Shown here piece by piece: positions 48,263 to 56,250 of a DNA stretch of 64,000 nt. This stretch comes from an uncultured Gemmatimonadales bacterium (GTDB lineage: Bacteria > Gemmatimonadota > Gemmatimonadetes > Longimicrobiales > RSA9). The position numbers and the translations under genes were made by a program. The notes under the pieces were generated by a model. It was not told the DNA's origin. It made no database searches and worked only from the letters and a program-made list of their open reading frames with translations. The stretch covers positions 320,001 through 384,000 of the forward strand of contig CAWCUS010000001.1 in NCBI GenBank assembly GCA_963798845.1, read 5' to 3'. Position 1 is the stretch's first letter, and every line of letters begins with the position of its first letter.

Positions 48263-49410
48263 GCGATGTCGCCGATCTCGGCGGTGCGGCCCCCCCGGGC
48301 TCCGTGGCCCCGCCGCTCCTCGAGGCGGAGCACCTGGTCCGGCGCTACGGCGGCCGCGCCGTGGTCGACGTGGAGCGGCTGGCCGTCCATGCGGGGGAAA
48401 TCCTGGCGGTGCTGGGCCCGAACGGCGCCGGCAAGTCCACACTGTTCCGCCTCCTCCTCCTGCTGGAGTCGCCCGACGCCGGCGAGATCCGCGTGGGGGG
48501 GCGCGCGGCGGGGCGACGGGACGAGGAGTCCCGGCGTCGCCTGGCCGGCGTGTTCCAGCGGCCGCAGCTGTTCACCGGGAGCGTCCGCGCCAACGTACGT
48601 TTCGGTCTGGCCGCGACGGGGGTGCCCCGAGCCCGGCGTGACGAGCGCGTGGATCGGATGGCGGCCGAGCTGGGTCTGTCGGCGCTCCTGGACGAGGACA
48701 CGCGCCGGCTGTCCGGCGGCGAGGCGCAGCGGGTGGCGCTCGCCCGGGCGCTGGTGCTCGAGGCGGACGTCCTCCTCCTGGACGAGCCCACGGCCAACCT
48801 GGACGTGACCGTCCGACGCCGCTTCCGCGAAGAGCTCGGCCGGCTCCTGCGACACCGTGCCGGGGCCGTGGTCCTCATCACCCACGACCCCGCGGACGCG
48901 TTCGACCTGGCCGACCGCGTGGCCGTGATGGAGGCGGGGCGGGTGGTGCAGGTGGGGACCCCCGAGGACCTGACCACGGAGCCGGCGACGCCCTTCGTCG
49001 CCGCTTTCACCGGCGCGGAGCTGCTTCTGGACGGGCGGGTGGAGGGCATGGGCGAGGGCACGCTGGACGTGCGCGTGGGCGAGACGCGGCTGGTGGTGCG
49101 CTCCCCGGAGGGGCACCTCCGGCCAGGCGACCCCGTGCACGTTCGCTACCGCCCGGAGGACGTGGTCCTCGCCCCGGTCGAGGCGACGGGCCCCAGCAGC
49201 GCCCGCAACCGCCTGCGCATGCGGGTGAGCGCCACGTCACCGGCAGGAGGAATGGTCCGCGTGCGGCTCGAAGGCCCGCTCACGCTGGCGTCGCTCATCA
49301 CCCGCGGCAGCGCGGAGCGTCTCGGGATCACGCCGGGCGCCGAAGTGACGGCGCTGCTGAAGACCGCGGCGCTCAACGTATTCCTCCCCGACGAGAGCCA
49401 CGGCGGTTGA
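48259..49410 (+). CDS. tupC: Tungstate/molybdate ABC ATP-binding protein with TOBE domains
   Basis: GPNGAGKST, LSGGEAQRV, LLDEPTANLD, ITHD; C-terminal SSARN..SLITRGSAERLG..ALLKTA (TOBE/mop). Confidence 0.85.
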   Translation: MSDVADLGGAAPPGSVAPPLLEAEHLVRRYGGRAVVDVERLAVHAGEILAVLGPNGAGKSTLFRLLLLLESPDAGEIRVGGRAAGRRDEESRRRLAGVFQRPQLFTGSVRANVRFGLAATGVPRARRDERVDRMAAELGLSALLDEDTRRLSGGEAQRVALARALVLEADVLLLDEPTANLDVTVRRRFREELGRLLRHRAGAVVLITHDPADAFDLADRVAVMEAGRVVQVGTPEDLTTEPATPFVAAFTGAELLLDGRVEGMGEGTLDVRVGETRLVVRSPEGHLRPGDPVHVRYRPEDVVLAPVEATGPSSARNRLRMRVSATSPAGGMVRVRLEGPLTLASLITRGSAERLGITPGAEVTALLKTAALNVFLPDESHGG

Positions 49411-49434
49411 GGCGACCCGCCCCTCGCCTATATT
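49407..49434 (+). promoter_or_regulatory. Putative promoter TTGAGG-N16-TATATT, 7 nt before fdhD ATG
   Basis: cctatatt-ccggcgc-ATG, no SD. Confidence 0.5.
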
Positions 49435-49441
49435 CCGGCGC

Positions 49442-50173
49442 ATGCCCCGCGAAGTGACGGCCGTCCCCGAAGAGCCTGTGCGTCTGACCGTGAACGGCGA
49501 CATCGTCGCCGCCTGGAGCTGCTCGCCCAATGCGCTGGAAGCCCTCGGCGCAGGCCGCCTCCTCTCCCTCGGCTTCGTACGCGCGCGCGATGACATCGTA
49601 TCGTTGCGCGTGCCCCCTGCCGACACCGGCGTGCTGCGCATCGACGCGGAGGTGGCGGTCGAGCGCGCGGTCGGCGCGCGCGAGGAGCGGGAGCACCGCC
49701 GCATACACGGGTGTGGGCTCCGCTTCCTCCTCGAATGTCGGCCGGACCTCCTCCCGCGCCCCGACCGATCCGGGTCGGCGCCACCCGGGGGCGACGCCGC
49801 CGCCGCGCTGTTCCGCGACCTCATGGATCGGTCGCCCAGCCGGCGAGGGGCGGGCGGCCACCACACCGCGGCGGTGAGCGACGGCGAGCGGCTGCGGTAC
49901 GTGCACGAGGAGGTCGGGCGCCACAACGCCGCGGACAAGGCGATCGGCGCGGCGCTCCTCGACGGCGTCGCCCTGGAGAGGCTCGGTCTGGTCACGAGCG
50001 CCCGGATCAGCGGCGAGATGGCGGAGAAGGCCGCGCGGGCGGGACTCGCCTGGGTGGCCAGCCGCTCGGTGCCCACGACGCTGGCCGTGGCCATTGCCTC
50101 GGCGGCCGGGCTGCCCCTGCTGGCCCGGGCGACGTCGCCCGACGCGCGACTGTTCGCGCCGGAGCGGTCGTGA
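49442..50173 (+). CDS. fdhD: Formate dehydrogenase accessory sulfurtransferase FdhD
   Basis: EEPVRLTVNG, LEALGAG.L.SLG, HGCG, GGHHTAA, EEVGRHNAADKAIG, SARISGEM..KAARAG, SRSVPTTLAV. Confidence 0.9.
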   Translation: MPREVTAVPEEPVRLTVNGDIVAAWSCSPNALEALGAGRLLSLGFVRARDDIVSLRVPPADTGVLRIDAEVAVERAVGAREEREHRRIHGCGLRFLLECRPDLLPRPDRSGSAPPGGDAAAALFRDLMDRSPSRRGAGGHHTAAVSDGERLRYVHEEVGRHNAADKAIGAALLDGVALERLGLVTSARISGEMAEKAARAGLAWVASRSVPTTLAVAIASAAGLPLLARATSPDARLFAPERS

Positions 50174-50820
50174 GCCCGTTCGGCGCCATTCTGGCAGGCG
50201 GGGAGAGCAGCCGTTATGGCTCGCCAAAGGCGCTCGCCCGCGTGGGTGGCGTCCGCATCATCGAGCGCGTGGCCGGGGCGCTGCGCGTCGTCACGACCGA
50301 CCTCGTGCTGCTGGCCAACGAGCCGGCGCTCTTCGACGACCTGCGGCTCCCGACCCGCCGCGATCTGCACCCTGGCCTCGGCGCGCTGGGCGGAATCCAT
50401 ACCGCTCTGGCGTGGGCCCGGGAAGCCGGCCGGCCGGGTGTCCTGGCCGTGGCGTGCGACATGCCCTTCCCCTCCTCCCCCCTGCTCCGCCGCCTCGCGG
50501 AGCTGGCTTTCGGCGAGGAAGATGGGCCGCCGGAAGGCGCGCCTCGACCAGAGGCGCCCGACGTGGTCGTGCCGGAAAGCCCCGGGCGCCGGGGGATCGA
50601 GCCGCTGTTCGCCGCGTATGGCGTGCGCTGCCTGGACGCCATCGAAGCGCGCATCGCCGCGGGCGACCACCGCATGATCGGGTTCCACGCCGACGTCCGC
50701 GTCCGCCGGATCGCGCTCGCGGAGGTGGAGGCCATGGGCGACCCGGCCCGGATGTTCCTGAACGTGAACACGCCCGCGGAGCGGGAGCGGGCGGAGCGCA
50801 TGGAGGAGGAGCGGGAATGA
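50170..50820 (+). CDS. mobA: Molybdenum cofactor guanylyltransferase
   Basis: AILAGGESSRYGSPKAL, GALGGIHTAL, VACDMPF, EPLFAAY, FLNVNTP; GTGA overlap. Confidence 0.92.
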   Translation: MSPFGAILAGGESSRYGSPKALARVGGVRIIERVAGALRVVTTDLVLLANEPALFDDLRLPTRRDLHPGLGALGGIHTALAWAREAGRPGVLAVACDMPFPSSPLLRRLAELAFGEEDGPPEGAPRPEAPDVVVPESPGRRGIEPLFAAYGVRCLDAIEARIAAGDHRMIGFHADVRVRRIALAEVEAMGDPARMFLNVNTPAERERAERMEEERE

Positions 50821-52145
50821 GCGGAGCAGGTGCGGGAAAGCGCGAGGTCGTCGACTGGTCCGGGCGCACTGCCGACTGGATCTCGGTGCGCGACGCTGTG
50901 GAGCGCGGGCTCGCTGCCGTGGAGCTGATGCCCCCGGAGGAGGTGGCGCTCGAGGAGTCGCTGGGGCGGGTGCTGGCCGAGGACGTGTCGTCTCCCGTGA
51001 CCCAGCCGCCGTGGGACAACAGCGCCATGGACGGCTACGCGGTCCGCTCCGGCGACGTGACCGGAGCTTCAGCCGAGCGCCCGGCCCGGCTGCGCGTCGT
51101 GGACGACATCCCCGCCGGCGGCTTCCCCACCCGCCCGCTACGCCAGGGCGAGGCGGCCAGGATCATGACCGGCGCGCCCGTGCCCGAGGGCGCCGACTCC
51201 GTGATCCGCGTCGAGGACACCGACGCGGGCGAGAAGCTCGTCTCAATCCTGAGCGACGGCGACGCGCTCGGTAACGTGCGCCGGCGGGGCGAAGACATCG
51301 TCGAAGGGGACGTGGCGCTGGCCGCCGGCGCCTCCATCGACCCGGCCGCGATGGGCGTGCTGGCCATCGTGGGACGCGCCCGCCCGCGCGTTCGCCGCCG
51401 CCCCGTCATCGCCGTTCTCTCGAACGGGGACGAGCTGGCGTCGCTGGACGAGTTCGACGACGTCATCGCCGGGCGACGCATCGTCAACTCCAACTCCTAC
51501 TCCCTCGCGGGCGCCATCGCCGCCGTCGGCGCCGTGCCCCGCCTCCTCGGCATCGCCCGCGACGACCTGGCGGACATCCGTGCAAAGCTGGAGGCCGGCT
51601 TCGACGCCGACGCCCTCATCACCACCGCGGGCGCCGCGGTCGGGGAGCATGACCGCGTCAAGGACGCGCTCGACCAGCTCGGCTACGAGCCCGACTTCTG
51701 GCGCGTACGCATGCGACCCGGGAGCCCCGCCTCCCTCGGCCGGATCCCGCGTTCCGGCCGACCGTCGCTCCCCGTGTGGGGGCTCCCGGGCAACCCTGTG
51801 TCCGCCCTCGTCACCTTCATGGTGCTGGTGCGCCCTGCGCTCCGCCGCATGGCCGGGCGAAGCGACGTCCACAACGCCACGTTCCCGCTGGAGGCCGCCG
51901 CTCCCATCCCGTCCAAGGCCGACAAGACGCACTTCCAGCGCGTCACCCTCGAGCCCGGCGACCCCTTCCCACTCGCCCGCACGACGGGCTCCCAGGGCTC
52001 CGGCATCCTGACTTCCATGACCCGCGCCGACGCCCTCTTCGTCGTGCCGGAGGGGCGCAACGGCATGGAGACCGGCGAGCGCTCCGTCGCGATCCCCGTC
52101 GTGGGCCCGGATCCCGGCTCGGAGATCTACGGGCTTCCGGACTGA
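50817..52145 (+). CDS. moeA: Molybdopterin molybdotransferase MoeA
   Basis: GRVLAEDV, PPWDNSAMDGYAV, IMTGAPVPEGADSV, SNGDEL, NSNS, MRPGSP, GLPGNPVS, QGSGILTSM. Confidence 0.95.
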   Translation: MSGAGAGKREVVDWSGRTADWISVRDAVERGLAAVELMPPEEVALEESLGRVLAEDVSSPVTQPPWDNSAMDGYAVRSGDVTGASAERPARLRVVDDIPAGGFPTRPLRQGEAARIMTGAPVPEGADSVIRVEDTDAGEKLVSILSDGDALGNVRRRGEDIVEGDVALAAGASIDPAAMGVLAIVGRARPRVRRRPVIAVLSNGDELASLDEFDDVIAGRRIVNSNSYSLAGAIAAVGAVPRLLGIARDDLADIRAKLEAGFDADALITTAGAAVGEHDRVKDALDQLGYEPDFWRVRMRPGSPASLGRIPRSGRPSLPVWGLPGNPVSALVTFMVLVRPALRRMAGRSDVHNATFPLEAAAPIPSKADKTHFQRVTLEPGDPFPLARTTGSQGSGILTSMTRADALFVVPEGRNGMETGERSVAIPVVGPDPGSEIYGLPD

Positions 52146-52287
52146 GGCGGGACCGTCAGCCGCTGGCCGCTGAGCGTCTGTCCGGGATCGTCGACCCGGA
52201 GACCGCTGGCGGCCGGTCGCCTTGCTTCGGCGGCCGGCCCGGCCGAAGATACCGCGGACGCGCACCCCAGCCGGAGACCGATTCGCC

Positions 52288-53952
52288 ATGGCCGATACGA
52301 TCGTCCCCAAGGACTATCAGCCGCCGCTCCCCACCGACCGCCTCATCGTCCGGGAGCCGCCGGACGATGAGGCGGTCCCAATGGATGTCGTGTTCGTTGG
52401 GGCGGGGCCCGCGGGGCTGGCCGGCGCCATCGAGCTGGCGCGGCTGGTCGCCGAGGCCAACCAGGCGGGGAACGGCCCGGGGGACGTGGAGATCGCGGTG
52501 CTGGAGAAGGCCGAGAGCCTCGGTGAGCACAACCTGTCCGGCGCGGTGGTCAATCCGGGGCCGTTCCGCGCGCTCTTCCCGGACATCCCGGACGAAGATT
52601 TTCCGTTCCGCGGTCCCGTGGAGGAGGAGCGGGTCTACGTACTGACGGAGGGCGGGGCGCGCCGCATCCCGGTGCCGCCACCGATGCGCAACCACGGCAA
52701 CCGGATCGCATCGATCTCGGAGGTCGTGCGCTGGATGGGTGAGAAGGCGGAAGCGGCGGGGGTCAACCTGTTCACGGGCTTCGCTGCGGACTCGCTGCTG
52801 GTCGAGGGGGACCGCGTGCTGGGCGTCCGCACCGCCGCCACGGGGCTGAATCGGGAAGGCGAGCCGGGGAGCGGCTACATGCCCCCCACCGACGTGCTGG
52901 CGAAAGTGACCGCGCTCTCGGAGGGGACGCGCGGGCCGCTGGCGCAGGCCTACATCGGCTGGCAGCAGATCCCGTCGGAGAACCCTCAGATCTTCGCGCT
53001 GGGCGTGAAGGAGATCTGGGAGACGAAGAAGCCGCTCGAGGCCGTGATCCACACCATGGGGTGGCCGCTGCCGAGGGACGCGTTCGGCGGCAGCTTCATG
53101 TACCCCCTGGCCCCGGATGTGGTCTCCATCGGGCTCGTCGTGGGTCTCGACTACCACGACGCGACGCTCGATCCCCACGTCCTCTTCCAGCGCATGAAGA
53201 CGCACCCGATCTTCCGGGAGTACCTCGTGGGCGGCGAGATGGTCGAGTGGGGGGCCAAGACGATTCCGGAAGGCGGATACTACGCGCTGCCGAAGCGCCG
53301 GAGCGGGAACGGCGTCGTCATCCTGGGCGACGCCGCCGGCTTCGTCGACGTCCCATCGCTCAAGGGGATCCACTACGCCGTCCAGTCCGGCATCTTCGCG
53401 GCCCGCGCCATCTTCGACGCGCTGACGGCCGATGACGTCTCGGCCGCCAGGCTTTCCCGCTACGACCAGCTGGTGAACGACAGCATCATCGTCGAGGACC
53501 TCCACCGCACGCGCAACATGCGCCTGGCGTTCAAGAGCGGCTTCTACCGGGGCGGTATGAAGGCCGGGCTAATGACGCTCACCGGCGGCCGGCTGTTCGG
53601 CGCCAGAATCGAGATGGAGCCGGACGCGGCGGCCCCCAAGCGGACCGACTCGCCCGAGCCGGCGTTCGTCCCCGACGGCGACCTGACGTTCAGCAAGGTC
53701 GATGCGGTCTTCAAGTCCGGGAACCAGACACGCGACGACATCCCGTCCCACCTCATCGCCCCCGATGACGTTCCGCCGGAGCTCGCGGACGTCTACGTCC
53801 ACATGTGCCCCGCGGGCGTCTACGAGAAGGACGAGGACGGCAACCTCGTCATCAACGCGCCCAACTGCATCGACTGCAAGGCCACCGACGTGCTCGGCCC
53901 CCGCTGGACCCCCCGGGAAGGCGGCAGCGGCCCGAAATACCGAAGCATGTGA
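52288..53952 (+). CDS. Electron transfer flavoprotein:quinone oxidoreductase
   Basis: DVVFVGAGPAGL, LEKA...GEHNLSGAV, GVKEIW, HTMGWPL, GGSFMY, GAKTIPEGG, GDAAGF..KGIHYA, CPAGVYE, NCIDCKAT. Confidence 0.93.
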   Translation: MADTIVPKDYQPPLPTDRLIVREPPDDEAVPMDVVFVGAGPAGLAGAIELARLVAEANQAGNGPGDVEIAVLEKAESLGEHNLSGAVVNPGPFRALFPDIPDEDFPFRGPVEEERVYVLTEGGARRIPVPPPMRNHGNRIASISEVVRWMGEKAEAAGVNLFTGFAADSLLVEGDRVLGVRTAATGLNREGEPGSGYMPPTDVLAKVTALSEGTRGPLAQAYIGWQQIPSENPQIFALGVKEIWETKKPLEAVIHTMGWPLPRDAFGGSFMYPLAPDVVSIGLVVGLDYHDATLDPHVLFQRMKTHPIFREYLVGGEMVEWGAKTIPEGGYYALPKRRSGNGVVILGDAAGFVDVPSLKGIHYAVQSGIFAARAIFDALTADDVSAARLSRYDQLVNDSIIVEDLHRTRNMRLAFKSGFYRGGMKAGLMTLTGGRLFGARIEMEPDAAAPKRTDSPEPAFVPDGDLTFSKVDAVFKSGNQTRDDIPSHLIAPDDVPPELADVYVHMCPAGVYEKDEDGNLVINAPNCIDCKATDVLGPRWTPREGGSGPKYRSM

Positions 53953-53971
53953 GGGGCCCGCGGCCGTACGC

Positions 53972-54074
53972 CTGCGAGCGCAGCGAGCCCCTCTGCGAGC
54001 GAAGCGAGCCCCTCTGCGAGCGCAGCGAGCCCCTCTGCGAGCGCAGCGAGCCCCTCTGCGAGCGAAGCGAGCCC
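53972..54074. repeat. 21-bp tandem repeat x5 (CTGCGAGCGMAGCGAGCCCCT)
   Basis: Units start at 53972, 53993, 54014, 54035 and 54056; the only internal variation is C/A. Confidence 0.95.
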
Positions 54075-54082
54075 TCCCCCGC

Positions 54083-55069
54083 CTACCGCGACCGTGCGCG
54101 CCTGACCTCTTCCGTCAACCTCGGGACCACCTCGAATGCGTCCCCCACGATGCCGTAATCGGCCACCTTGAAGATGGGCGCATCGGCATCCTTGTTGATG
54201 GCGACGATGGTCTTGGCCGTGCGCATGCCGGCCAGGTGCTGGATGGCGCCGCTGATCGCCACCGCGACGTACAGCTTGGGCGCGACAGTCTTCCCGGTCT
54301 GCCCGACCTGCTCGCCATGCGGGCGCCAACCGGCGTCCACGACGGCGCGCGACGCGCCGAGCGCGACGCGGTCGCCGAGCGCGTCGGCGAGGTCCTCCAG
54401 AAGCCTCCAGTTTTCGGGCCCCTTGAGCCCGCGGCCGCCGGAGACCACGACAGGGGCCTCGGCCACGTCCGGCTTGTCGCCGGCGCTGGCCTTCACCTCG
54501 CGCACCTTCACTTTCCACGACGTCGGATCCGGCGACGACGTGACCTGCTCCACCGAGGCCTCCCCGGGCGCTTCCTGCGGCCGGAACACGTTGGCGCGCA
54601 GCGTCACCAGCCTGGGGGAAGCCTCGATCACCACCTCCGCGAACGCCTTGCCGGCGTAGACCGGTCGTGTGATCACCAGCTCGCCGCCGTCCACCTCGAG
54701 GGCCGTGGCCTCGGACGCCAGAGGCACGTCGAGCCTCGCCGCCACGCGAGGCGCCAGATCGCGGCCGGTGGCCGTCGCCGCGAAGAGGATGGCGAAGTAG
54801 TCGCCGTCTTTCGCCACGTCCGCCATCGCGGCGGCGTAGCCGGTGGCCTGGTACGCGGCCAGGTCGGCGTGCTCCACGGCCCGGATCCTGTCTGCTCCGT
54901 ACGTCGCCAGAGACTTCGCCGCCTCGCCCACGCCCGCGCCGCCCACGATGGCGACGTGCACCTGGCCGCCGATGGCGTCCGCCACCTTCCGCGCGGCCGT
55001 GACCACTTCCTCGGAGACCCGCCTGAGGGCGCCGTCCCGTTGTTCCGCAACTGCCAGTACGTTTGCCAT
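54083..55069 (-). CDS. etfA: Electron transfer flavoprotein alpha subunit
   Basis: RPVYAG, VVVSGGRGL, GASRAVVDAGW, QVGQTGKTVAP.LY.A.AISGAIQHLAGM, AINKD.DAPIF..ADYG. Confidence 0.96.
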   Translation of the reverse strand: MANVLAVAEQRDGALRRVSEEVVTAARKVADAIGGQVHVAIVGGAGVGEAAKSLATYGADRIRAVEHADLAAYQATGYAAAMADVAKDGDYFAILFAATATGRDLAPRVAARLDVPLASEATALEVDGGELVITRPVYAGKAFAEVVIEASPRLVTLRANVFRPQEAPGEASVEQVTSSPDPTSWKVKVREVKASAGDKPDVAEAPVVVSGGRGLKGPENWRLLEDLADALGDRVALGASRAVVDAGWRPHGEQVGQTGKTVAPKLYVAVAISGAIQHLAGMRTAKTIVAINKDADAPIFKVADYGIVGDAFEVVPRLTEEVRRARSR

Positions 55070-55077
55070 GTCGCCTC

Positions 55078-55821
55078 CTACAGGACTTTCGCTTCGTCGC
55101 GCAGCAGGCGGACCAGCTCCGGCACCGCGTCCGGGCCCTCGCCCACGATCTTCCCTTCCGGCCTCGCCGGCGGCTCGCTGTAGCGCCGCACCTTCAGTCG
55201 CGGGGCCGGCACGTCGGCGTCCTTCTCCGTCATCGGCTTCCGCTTCGCTGCCATGATCCCCTTGAGCGAGGGGTAACGCGGGTCGTACGGCCCCTTCGTG
55301 ATGGTCACGACGGCGGGCAGCACCACCTCCACGACCTCGGTGCCGCCCTCGACCTCGCGCTGGCAGACCAGGACGTCGCCATCCTTCGCGACCTCGGCCA
55401 CACCCGTGACGCACGGGAGGCCCAGGATCTCGGCCACCATGGTGCCCACCTGTCCCTGGTCGTCATCGGCAGCCTTCATCCCGAACAGCACCAGGTCGGC
55501 GCCGATCTCCTTCAGCTCGGCCGCCAGCGCCCGGGCCACGGACAGACCGTCCATGGAGCTCTCGCCGTTCAGGCGGACCGCGCTGTCCACGCCCATGGCC
55601 AGCGCCGAGCGCAGCTGCTCGCCCGCCAAGGCGTCGCCGAGCGAGACCGCCACCGTCTCGCCCTCTCCCGCCGCCTCCTTCAGCCGCAGCGCCGCCTCGA
55701 CCGCGAACTCGTCGTACGGGCTCACGATGAACTTGAGGCCGCTCTCATCCACCGAGTCCCCGCTCACTCGTATGCGCGCCTCGGTGTCAGGCACGCGCTT
55801 TATGCAGATCGCCGTCTTCAA
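55078..55821 (-). CDS. etfB: Electron transfer flavoprotein beta subunit
   Basis: CIKRVPD, SPYDEFAVEAALRL, ALAMG.D, G.KA.DDD.GQVG, REVEGG, PRYPSLKGIM.AK.K; TTG start. Confidence 0.96.
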   Translation of the reverse strand: MKTAICIKRVPDTEARIRVSGDSVDESGLKFIVSPYDEFAVEAALRLKEAAGEGETVAVSLGDALAGEQLRSALAMGVDSAVRLNGESSMDGLSVARALAAELKEIGADLVLFGMKAADDDQGQVGTMVAEILGLPCVTGVAEVAKDGDVLVCQREVEGGTEVVEVVLPAVVTITKGPYDPRYPSLKGIMAAKRKPMTEKDADVPAPRLKVRRYSEPPARPEGKIVGEGPDAVPELVRLLRDEAKVL

Positions 55822-55886
55822 AGCCTCGTCTCCTTCTTTCTCCGGCTACGGTTTCGGGCGCAATGTAGACCGTCCCCGGAAACGAG

Positions 55887-55918
55887 AAAAGGCGGCCCCG
55901 ACGCGCGCGGGCCGCCTT
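55887..55918 (-). terminator. Hairpin terminator after the small Pro-rich gene
   Basis: Minus strand AAGGCGGCCC-10 nt-GGGCCGCCUU followed by UUCUCGUUU. Confidence 0.55.
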
Positions 55919-55943
55919 CCCTCCTGGCACCGTACTACCGGGA

Positions 55944-56141
55944 TCAGATCGGCGTCGGCTCGCCGATCTCCTCCTCTTCCTTCTCCGGGCTCCACTTCTC
56001 CGGCTTCCAGCCGGGCTCCGGCTCGTCGGAGCGTCGGGGAGCCGGCTCGTATCGCTCGGGCTCCTCCCGCGGCGGCTCCTTCGCGGGCGCGCCGGGAATC
56101 GGCAGCGGCTTGTTCGGATCGGGTCCGGGGACCGTCGCCAT
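55944..56141 (-). CDS. Small Pro/Glu-rich protein (65 aa)
   Basis: GAGGAGG SD before ATG at 56141; bracketed by a sigma54-like promoter and a terminator. Confidence 0.6.
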   Translation of the reverse strand: MATVPGPDPNKPLPIPGAPAKEPPREEPERYEPAPRRSDEPEPGWKPEKWSPEKEEEEIGEPTPI

Positions 56142-56194
56142 ATCGGGGCCTCCTCTGATCAACAGCTCAACTCCGGATGGTCTCCCCCCTGACG

Positions 56195-56210
56195 TGCACG
56201 GGCCATGCCA
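56195..56210 (-). promoter_or_regulatory. sigma54-like promoter TGGCAT-GGCCC-GTGCA
   Basis: GG-N10-GC, 55 nt upstream of the ATG at 56141. Confidence 0.55.
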
Positions 56211-56250
56211 TGTGCAGCCGGCTCCTCTCCTCCGGCGGCGTCCGCCGCCG

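Noticed and set aside
53972..54074. Possible CRISPR array
   Set aside because: Units are head-to-tail with no spacers, and no cas genes are in the window.
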